DNA of 16,000 bases from an uncultured Opitutia bacterium (GTDB taxonomy: Bacteria; Verrucomicrobiota; Verrucomicrobiia; Opitutales; Opitutaceae): positions 3,249 through 19,248 of the forward strand of contig CAIMFY010000095.1 of NCBI GenBank assembly GCA_903840415.1, written 5' to 3'. The notes beneath the pieces are model-generated. The model was not told where the DNA came from. It did not search any database and saw only the letters and a list, made by a program, of their open reading frames with translations. Of the stretch, positions 6,768 to 13,122 are shown in pieces (the stretch's first letter is position 1; every line of letters begins with the position of its first letter). The position numbers were made by a program, and so were the translations under genes.

Positions 6768-7367
6768 TCAGGGTTTCTTTACGGCGAACGGCACTGAATA
6801 GACGATGTTTTCCCACATCATCGAAATCCGGCCGCCCGTGATGGGCCCCTTGTCCACGCTCATCGTGAACTGATCGATCCGCTCCGACGACGCGATCTTC
6901 TCCAAATCCACACGGCCGAGTTCCTGTTTCTCGTCGTAGGGATCGATGCCCCACTGGCCGATTTGCTTGTTGATGATCAGTTTCGCGGAGCCGTCCGCCG
7001 CCGGCAGCGTAAACAACGTGTAGGCGCCCGCCGGCACCGTCAGCGCGCCGATCGCGAGGGGCTGTTGGGTGAGGAGCAACGTGGCTTCGTCGGAGCCAGT
7101 GCGCCAGATTTTGCCGTAGGGCACGAGACCGCCCCAAATTTTGCGAATCTCGCCGGTCTTCGGATCCTTGGAAAAGGGGCGGCCGTAAACGAGGATGACG
7201 CGATTGCCGTCGATTTTTCGACTTGTGGTTTCGTGCGGGCTCTTGCCGCCGGTGGAAGCGGCCTTCGGGGCCGCGGGCGTCACCGAAGCGGCGGGGGCTT
7301 GCGCGAAAAGCGCCGCCGTGCCGGCGAGCGTGAGGGTGAGCAGGGCAACGGATGTGAACTTGGTCAT
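6768..7367 (-). CDS. Exported DUF2911 family protein
   Basis: Signal peptide MTKFTSVALLTLTLAGTAALFAQ. 'SPHETTSRKIDGNRVILVYGRPFSKD...IWGGLVPYGKIWRTGSDEATLLLTQQPLAIGALTVPAGAYTLFTLP...KLIINKQIGQWG' matches the DUF2911 pattern (SP..v...i.g..i.I.Y.RP...gR.i.G.LvPyG.vWRtGAneAT...). A GAGGA-like SD lies 8-9 nt upstream of the ATG. Confidence 0.85.
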   Translation of the reverse strand: MTKFTSVALLTLTLAGTAALFAQAPAASVTPAAPKAASTGGKSPHETTSRKIDGNRVILVYGRPFSKDPKTGEIRKIWGGLVPYGKIWRTGSDEATLLLTQQPLAIGALTVPAGAYTLFTLPAADGSAKLIINKQIGQWGIDPYDEKQELGRVDLEKIASSERIDQFTMSVDKGPITGGRISMMWENIVYSVPFAVKKP

Positions 7368-7500
7368 GATCGATTCCTCTGGTTGACGTGGGGGATGTGG
7401 GCTCGGGAAGCCCGGGAAACCAACAAAGCTGCGAAGCCATCACTCTGCGCGCGCCCGACCGAACGGCGAGCCAAAATCCAAGCGGCCCGCGCCGCACTCT

Positions 7501-7532
7501 AAAAACAAAACGCCGCGGAAAATTCCGCGGCG
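7501..7532 (-). terminator. Rho-independent terminator of the cytochrome b562-like gene
   Basis: Perfect 8-bp GC stem CGCCGCGG (7511-7518) / CCGCGGCG (7525-7532) with a 6-nt loop. On the minus strand it is followed by TTTTGTTTTT (7501-7510). It lies 26 nt downstream of the stop at 7558. Confidence 0.85.
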
Positions 7533-7557
7533 TCGGTGAAAAACGTGGGAAGCGGGC

Positions 7558-8028
7558 TCAGGCCTTCTTCTTTTCCTTCTGCTTTTCGAACGCCTTGTGG
7601 TCCTCTTTGCTCAGGGCCTTCATTTCATCGACCAGCTTGGCCGCCGTGGCGTTGTCGTTTGCCTTGAGCGCGGCGTCGAGCTTGTCGACCGTCGCGATGA
7701 ACTCCTTCAGCTTGGCCTGATAGTCGGCCACGAACTTCGCCTGATCGGCGGCGGGGAGATCTTTTTTCTTGATGGGCTCGAATTTCAGCGCGGCGGTGGC
7801 GGCGGTCTTGATGGTCGCGACCAGCTTAAGGGAGTCTTCGTTCTTGGTGGCGTCGGTGATTTGCTTGCCGAGCTTTTTGTAGGCGCCGCCCATTTTTTCC
7901 ATTTGTTCGCCGAGTTCGGTTTTCGGTTCTTTGGGGCCCATTTTCTTGGGGCCATCTTCCTGGGCGCGCAGCATGGGCAGGGCGACGAGGGCGGAGATGA
8001 GGCTGAAGGTGAGGAAACGGAGTTTCAT
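7558..8028 (-). CDS. Exported cytochrome b562-family four-helix-bundle protein
   Basis: Start taken at ATG 8028 (MKLRFLTFSLISALVALPMLRA signal peptide) instead of TTG 8085. The mature part aligns by eye along its whole length with E. coli cytochrome b562. 'LGEQMEKM' matches 'LEDNMETL' (Met7 haem ligand). 'VDKLDAALKANDNATAAKLVDEMKALSKEDHKAF' matches '[34 protein letters not shown]' (His102 ligand). Confidence 0.6.
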   Translation of the reverse strand: MKLRFLTFSLISALVALPMLRAQEDGPKKMGPKEPKTELGEQMEKMGGAYKKLGKQITDATKNEDSLKLVATIKTAATAALKFEPIKKKDLPAADQAKFVADYQAKLKEFIATVDKLDAALKANDNATAAKLVDEMKALSKEDHKAFEKQKEKKKA

Positions 8029-8186
8029 GTCTTGTAGGTTGGGAGTTGGTGGCGTTTTTGCCGGGCAGGAAATCCACGCAATCAACTGACGAAGCGCAAC
8101 CGCATTCTCGAAATCTTGCGTCGTGCGGAGTTCGACCCAGGCTCGCCTCTCCGGCCGGGTGTCGCCACCTCCAACCCATCCTCACC

Positions 8187-9014
8187 ATGAAACGTGTGCT
8201 GTCCTTCCTCCTCACTGCGCTCGCAGTGTCCATCGCCTCCGCCCAGGACTGGGCCAAGGCGCGCCTCGAGAAATCCCCGCGCCACCTCGAGTGGATCACG
8301 GTGAAACACGGCGATCGCGAAGTCGGCTGCTACATCGGCTACCCCGAGGTAAAAAACAAGGCTACCGCCGTCCTCGTCATTCACGAGATTTACGGTCTCT
8401 CCGACTGGGCGCGCAACGCCGTCGATGAACTCGCCGAGGCTGGCTATATCGCCATCGCGCCCGACTTGTTGTGGGGTGCGGGTGCGAAGGGTGGCGGCGC
8501 GGCCGAACTCACGAGCGACCAAATCGGCTTGAAAATCCGCGCACTCCCCGCCGACCAAATCACCGCCGACCTCGACGCGTGCGCCGACTACGTAAAGAAA
8601 CTCGACGCCTGCAACGGCCAGCTCGCCGTCGCCGGTTTTTGCTACGGCGGAGGACAGAGTTTCCGTTACGCGACGAATCGCAAAGACGTCAAAGCGGCCT
8701 TCGTGTTCTATGGCACGGGCCCGACCGACAGCGCCGAACTCGCACGCATCGCGTGCCCAGTCTATGGATTTTATGGCGGCAACGATGCGCGCGTCACCGC
8801 CACCACGGCGAAGTCGGCCGAGTTGATGAAAACCGCCGGCAAATCCTACGAAGTGAACGTCTATGACGGCGCCGGCCACGGTTTCATGCGTGCCGGCGAA
8901 GCCCCGCCGCCCGCCGCTGGCGCTGAGCAAAAAGCGGTCGATGCTTTTGCCGCGAATCAGAAGGCCCGCGACGCCGCGTGGAAGCGCGTGAAGGAAGTGC
9001 TCGGAAAGCTCTGA
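8187..9014 (+). CDS. Exported dienelactone hydrolase family protein (alpha/beta hydrolase, Cys-His-Asp type)
   Basis: ATG 8187 gives signal peptide MKRVLSFLLTALAVSIASA (the track start is TTG 8046). 'AVLVIHEIYGLSDWARNAVDELAEAGYIAIAPDLL' is the DLH N-terminal block. 'LAVAGFCYGGG' is the nucleophile elbow with Cys. 'YDGAGHGF' is the His block. Confidence 0.85.
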   Translation: MKRVLSFLLTALAVSIASAQDWAKARLEKSPRHLEWITVKHGDREVGCYIGYPEVKNKATAVLVIHEIYGLSDWARNAVDELAEAGYIAIAPDLLWGAGAKGGGAAELTSDQIGLKIRALPADQITADLDACADYVKKLDACNGQLAVAGFCYGGGQSFRYATNRKDVKAAFVFYGTGPTDSAELARIACPVYGFYGGNDARVTATTAKSAELMKTAGKSYEVNVYDGAGHGFMRAGEAPPPAAGAEQKAVDAFAANQKARDAAWKRVKEVLGKL

Positions 9015-9100
9015 ACTCCCTTCGTCTGCTCCGCGTCGATTTATCGACATAAGCGGCGCGGGGCTCGCCACTGGCGCGCCCGGCGTGCAATTTTTCGCCT

Positions 9101-12100
9101 ATGATTCTACCCCGCTGCATGCGCTCGTTTTTCCTTCTCACGCTCACCAGCTTAAGTGCGCTCGCCGCTGATCGGCTGACGCTGAATTTCAATCCCGACT
9201 GGCGGTTCCTCAAGGCCGATCCTGCTGGCGCGCAGGCTCCCGCCTTCGACGACCACGCTTGGGAACTCGTCTCGACGCCGCACACCTACAACGACACCGA
9301 CACCTTCGACAACTGGTCCACGCCCGGCCATCGCGGCGAGCAAATCCAGTGGTCCGGCCGCACCTGGTATCGGAAGACCTTCGACGCCCCGGCTGCGTGG
9401 AGCGGGAAAAAAGTCTTCATCGAATTCGAAGCCGCGCGGCAGGTTGCAGAAGTCTATCTCAACGGCGAAAAACTCGGCGTCGCCAAGACCGGCTTCACGC
9501 CCTTCGGCTTCGATCTCACGCCGCACCTGAAAATCGGCGCGCCCAACCTCCTCGCCGTGATGGTGGACAACCGCTTCATGAAGGATCCGCTCGATCCGGC
9601 GACGGAGGCGGAAATCGCGAAGCGCAACGGCACCGTCGCCACCGCCGCGCCGCTTGCCTCGTCCGCAAATCCCAATCTCGGCGAACTCTCGAAAAAGGTG
9701 AACGAGACGATCCCCGAAAATCTCGACGACCTCCAAGCTGATCAGATCCCGTGGAACAACCCGCACTGGCATCCCGCGCATGGCGGCCTCTACCGCAACG
9801 TCCGGCTCATCGTCACCGACCCGCTCCACATCACGCTGCCGCTCTACTCGTTTCTCCAAACCGCCGGGCCTTACGTTTATGCGACAGACATTTCGCCGGC
9901 GTCAGCGAAGGTCGGCATCGAAGTGCCCGTCAAAAATGATCGGGATGTCGAAGCCAACGTCGAGTTGCGCGGCGAAATCTTTGACGCCGATGGTAAGTTG
10001 GTTGGGACCGTAAAGGACACCCAGACCGTCGCGCCCGGCTCGAGCCGCACGTTTACGTTGAGCAGCACCGTTTCGTCGCCGCGATTGTGGGAGCCCGCTT
10101 ACCCTCATCTCTATCAGATCGCCTTCTTCCTGATCATGACAAACGCGAGCAAGGGTCGCGAGCTCATCGACACGACCAAAGTGTCTTTCGGCATCCGCGC
10201 TGCCCGCTGGGACGCGGCCGCCGGATTTTTCATTAACGGCTCGCATCTGAAACTCCACGGCTGGGGCCAAAAGCCGACCGACGAGTGGCCCGGCCTCGGC
10301 GCGGCGCAGCCGGATTGGCTGCACTTCTACACACTCATTCTCATGAAGGAAGCCGGCGGCAACTTCGTCCGCTGGGGCCACGCCGCGACCGGCCCCGCGA
10401 GCATCGCGGCGGGTGATCGACTCGGAATAATCGCGCTCCAGCCCGGCACCGACGGCGAATCCGACACTGTGAAAGCCGCATGGAAACTCCGCGCCATCGC
10501 GTTTCGCGACATGGTGATTTATTTCCGCAACCACCCCTCGATTCTCATCTGGGAAGGCGGCAACCAAAAGGTCACGCGCGAGCATGCCGCCGAGTTGCGC
10601 GGCCTCATGGATCAGTTCGATCCGCACGGCGGCCGCGCCTATGCGCACCGGCGGGCCGATGCGATCACGGCGGAGTTCATGGATGTCGGCATCGGCACCG
10701 AGGGTGGCCGCGAGATCGCCCGGCTCCCGGTCGTTGAGGGCGAATATGACCGCGAGGAATCGCCGCGCCGCGTGTGGGACGATGCATCGCCACCAAACTT
10801 CGGATACCCAGAGGCGAAGGGCATGACCTACCAGCTCACCTCCGAGCAATACGCCGTCAACCAGGTGAACCAATACGTGAAGAAAATCGGCGCGCCCCAG
10901 CACAGCGGCGGCGCCAACTGGATCTTTTCCGATTCGACGAGCGGTGGCCGTGTGCCCGCCGAAGTCGCGCGCGCCGGCGGCGAGGTCGACGGCGTGCGCC
11001 TGCCGAAAGAGGCCTACTACGTCTGTGCCGCAATGTGGCGCACCGATCCGCAGGCGCACATCATCGGGCACTGGACCTATCCGGTGGGCACGAAGAAAAA
11101 CATCTACGTCGTGTCGAACGTCCCCGGCGTTGAACTCTTCGTCAACGGTCAGTCGCTCGGCCACGGCACCGTCACCGACAAATATCTAATCACGTTTAAG
11201 GACGTCGCGTTTGCGCCGGGCGAGATCAAGGCGGTCGCCACGGTTGACGGACGCATCGTCGCCACGCACCTACTCCGCACTGCGGGAACACCTGTCGCGC
11301 TGAAACTCTTCACCATCACCGCCCCCGGCGGATTCCGCGCCGACGGCGACGACATCGCGCTGTTCGACGTGGAAGCGGTCGATGCGAATGGCCTCCGTTG
11401 TCCGACCGTGCAGCAGCGCGTCGACTTCGAGACCACCGGCCCCGCCGTGTGGCGAGGCGGCTACAACAGCGGAAAAATCAACTCGACCAACAATGCCTTC
11501 CTCGATCTTGAGGCCGGCGTGAACCGCGTCGCCGTGCGCGCCACGCGCACCGCCGGCAAGATCACGGTGCACGCGACGAGTGCCGGCCTGCGCGACGCCA
11601 GCTTGACGATCGAGTCGCGCGCGTTTGCCGCCGAAGGCGGCTACTCGACGGTGGCGCCCGCGGCCCCGGCGGTGAAGTTGCCCGCGACCGCACCGGCCCA
11701 CGCCGAGTTTACCGCCGCTGCTTCCACCGCGAAGGCCGAGGAGAAAACCGCCGCCGCGCTCGGCGAGTTCATCAAGACCTTCAACTACACCGGCCCGCAG
11801 GCCAACATCGTGCACGTCGAGGTCGGCGCGCAGAACGGCCGCAACATCTACATCGATCGCGACTACACGTTCACCGATCTTCCGGCTGAGCTCGCAGGCG
11901 CCGACTGGCTCCAAGTGGCCGACGACGATCAGCGCTACAGCGCCGTCGATTTAATCGAGCTGGCCGTGCCCGGGGGCACCGTCGTGTCGGTCGCCCACGA
12001 CGAACGCGCACCGTTGCCCGGCTGGCTCACGAAACAATTTCAGGCGACCGACCAACACCTCACGTTCAACGGCAAGCCGATGAAATTATTCCAGCGCCGG

Positions 12101-12202
12101 ATCGCCCGCGACGAAAGCCTCACCTTCGGCTCCAACACCGACGGTGCTCCCGTCCGCGCCAACCAATACCTCGTGTTCGTTAGCGCTGCGACGAAGCCGT
12201 AA
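9101..12202 (+). CDS. Exported glycoside hydrolase family 2-type protein (sugar-binding, Ig-like, TIM-barrel, DUF4982-like and Ig-like domains) with an extra ~145-aa C-terminal beta-rich domain
   Basis: Signal peptide (MILPRC)MRSFFLLTLTSLSALAA. 'DWRFLKAD...FDDHAWELVSTPHTYND...WSGRTWYRKTF..PAAWSGKKVFIEFEAARQVAEVYLNGEKLGVAKTGFTPFGFDLTPHLK.GAPNLLAVMVDN' is the GH2 N-terminal domain. 'GGNFVRWGH' and 'RNHPSILIWEGGNQ' are TIM-barrel blocks. 'IYVVSNVPGVELFVNGQSLG...GEIKAVATVDGRIVATHLLRTAGTPVALKL...DGDDIALFDVEAVDANGLRCPTVQQRVDFETTGPAVWRGGYNSG' has the DUF4982/GH2 C-terminal layout. Confidence 0.85.
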   Translation: MILPRCMRSFFLLTLTSLSALAADRLTLNFNPDWRFLKADPAGAQAPAFDDHAWELVSTPHTYNDTDTFDNWSTPGHRGEQIQWSGRTWYRKTFDAPAAWSGKKVFIEFEAARQVAEVYLNGEKLGVAKTGFTPFGFDLTPHLKIGAPNLLAVMVDNRFMKDPLDPATEAEIAKRNGTVATAAPLASSANPNLGELSKKVNETIPENLDDLQADQIPWNNPHWHPAHGGLYRNVRLIVTDPLHITLPLYSFLQTAGPYVYATDISPASAKVGIEVPVKNDRDVEANVELRGEIFDADGKLVGTVKDTQTVAPGSSRTFTLSSTVSSPRLWEPAYPHLYQIAFFLIMTNASKGRELIDTTKVSFGIRAARWDAAAGFFINGSHLKLHGWGQKPTDEWPGLGAAQPDWLHFYTLILMKEAGGNFVRWGHAATGPASIAAGDRLGIIALQPGTDGESDTVKAAWKLRAIAFRDMVIYFRNHPSILIWEGGNQKVTREHAAELRGLMDQFDPHGGRAYAHRRADAITAEFMDVGIGTEGGREIARLPVVEGEYDREESPRRVWDDASPPNFGYPEAKGMTYQLTSEQYAVNQVNQYVKKIGAPQHSGGANWIFSDSTSGGRVPAEVARAGGEVDGVRLPKEAYYVCAAMWRTDPQAHIIGHWTYPVGTKKNIYVVSNVPGVELFVNGQSLGHGTVTDKYLITFKDVAFAPGEIKAVATVDGRIVATHLLRTAGTPVALKLFTITAPGGFRADGDDIALFDVEAVDANGLRCPTVQQRVDFETTGPAVWRGGYNSGKINSTNNAFLDLEAGVNRVAVRATRTAGKITVHATSAGLRDASLTIESRAFAAEGGYSTVAPAAPAVKLPATAPAHAEFTAAASTAKAEEKTAAALGEFIKTFNYTGPQANIVHVEVGAQNGRNIYIDRDYTFTDLPAELAGADWLQVADDDQRYSAVDLIELAVPGGTVVSVAHDERAPLPGWLTKQFQATDQHLTFNGKPMKLFQRRIARDESLTFGSNTDGAPVRANQYLVFVSAATKP

Positions 12203-12290
12203 ACGCTGCAACTAGCGCGGTCGGCCGAGCGAGCTGAGTAACTGGCTGAAGTTGACGTGTAATCCGGCAGACCGCAGATCGAGGCGTCAC

Positions 12291-12731
12291 CTACCTCACG
12301 AACACCCGATAGTTTAGTAGAACGAACACGACGACCGTCGATGGCGGAATGGCCAAGGCAGTTGACCACATTGCGCTCAGTCCAAAGCGGCGGCGCAGCA
12401 GCTTGAACCCGCCTAAGTTGACCGCGTAGCTCGCGACGATCGTCACGAGATACTCTCCAAATTGCTGAACCGCATCGTGCCGTCCACTCGGCAGCGCCCA
12501 GAAGCGATTGGCCAAGTAATGTGTGCATGTCGAAACCGCCCACGAGAAAGAGAACGCAACGGTCTCATTCATCCGTGGTTTCAGCTCGCGAAGTGTCAGT
12601 AGTTGAACCGCAGCGGAACCGCCCCCAACGATTAGGAAGCGCACCAACCTGAACACCAGTTCGGGATCGGTCGCAGGGGAGTGGAGCATCGCGGCAACCG
12701 AATGTGTCGCGCGGATGTGTCGCAACCTCAT
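12291..12731 (-). CDS. GtrA-like small polytopic membrane protein (polyprenyl-phosphate-sugar translocation family)
   Basis: 'VFRLVRFLIVGGGSAAVQLLTL...NETVAFSFSWAVSTCTHYLANRFWAL.....FGEYLVTIVASYAVNLGGFKLL...GLSAMWSTALAIPPSTVVVFVLLNYRVFVR' fits the four-TM GtrA pattern (RFxxVG ... xxNRxWxF ... FxxxRxxVF). The start is ambiguous: ATG 12731, or ATG 12689 (MLHSPATD...). Confidence 0.7.
   Translation of the reverse strand: MRLRHIRATHSVAAMLHSPATDPELVFRLVRFLIVGGGSAAVQLLTLRELKPRMNETVAFSFSWAVSTCTHYLANRFWALPSGRHDAVQQFGEYLVTIVASYAVNLGGFKLLRRRFGLSAMWSTALAIPPSTVVVFVLLNYRVFVR
12702..12723. repeat. 9-bp direct repeat ATGTGTCGC x2 (13-bp period) at the 5' end of the GtrA-like gene
   Basis: ATGTGTCGC occurs at 12702-12710 and 12715-12723, between the two candidate start codons (12731 and 12689) of the minus-strand gene. 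Its function is unknown. Confidence 0.3.
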
Positions 12732-13122
12732 TCCACACCGCGCGTGGTCGGGTTGCGGTTTTCAGCGGGCGATGCGGGGTGACTGCGCGGGCGCATCGGC
12801 GACTTGCGCGTTCTGCGGCGGCGCGTCGCCAACGGACAGTTGAAAAACCTAGATCTCAGGCAGCAGGTCATCGGCCAGCTGACTGAACGCCATCCGCAAG
12901 CGTGGCGCTGGGATCGCGGAAGTTCAGACAACCAGGACAAGATTTGCTCATGCCCGGCCAATATATGGCTAGCGGGCGGACAGAGCGTCGACTAGTCTGG
13001 TGACCCGAACTCCCATTCGTTATTGACCTCTCGCGAATGGTAGCAGTCTTAACTTACCCCCAACGGCGGCGATATTCGGTGCTGCCGTTACCCTAAGCAA
13101 ACCCCTCGTTATACATTATTAG

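Noticed and set aside
5124-7497. Minus-strand ORFs 5124-5750, 5790-6521 and 6655-7497, plus assorted 60-140-aa ORFs overlapping the DUF1080, rhomboid-like and DUF2911 genes
   Set aside because: All are out-of-frame or antisense overlaps of genes with clear family signatures. Their products are Arg/Pro/Gly/His-rich and low-complexity.
5058-8186. Longer N-terminal extensions in the ORF track (TTG 5058, TTG 5838, TTG 8046, TTG 8085)
   Set aside because: Each has an internal ATG (5097, 5886, 8187, 8028). For 5097, 8187 and 8028 the ATG directly precedes a canonical signal peptide. 5886 (MDIYGTSEE...) precedes a short cytoplasmic N-terminus ahead of the first TM span. The extensions are non-hydrophobic, Arg/Pro-rich read-through of intergenic DNA.
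8082-9071. 329-aa minus-strand ORF antisense to the dienelactone hydrolase gene
   Set aside because: Shadow ORF. The sense strand carries intact DLH motifs (GFCYGGG, GAGHGF), and the antisense product has no motifs and a Gly/Arg/Ala bias.
9902-11164. 420-aa minus-strand ORF antisense to the GH2 gene
   Set aside because: Shadow ORF in a GC-rich CDS. The sense strand has a continuous GH2 domain architecture.
12704-12995. Short ORFs in the GtrA/TBDR spacer (60 aa +, 77 aa -, 63 aa +)
   Set aside because: The 77-aa and 63-aa ORFs start at TTG (12961 and 12804). They overlap one another, and the products are Arg-rich or otherwise featureless. This is more consistent with non-coding regulatory DNA.
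13023-13051. TTGACC hexamer as a sigma-70 -35 box for the TBDR gene
   Set aside because: No acceptable -10 hexamer lies at 16-18 bp spacing (GTCTTA/AGTCTT). Promoter consensus in this lineage is uncertain, so I make no call.
12960-13122. Possible cobalamin or other riboswitch upstream of the TonB-dependent receptor
   Set aside because: I could not find a B12 box or the GGGAA/GCCACUG core elements, nor any other riboswitch core I recognise. Only a simple hairpin is present, and it is reported separately.
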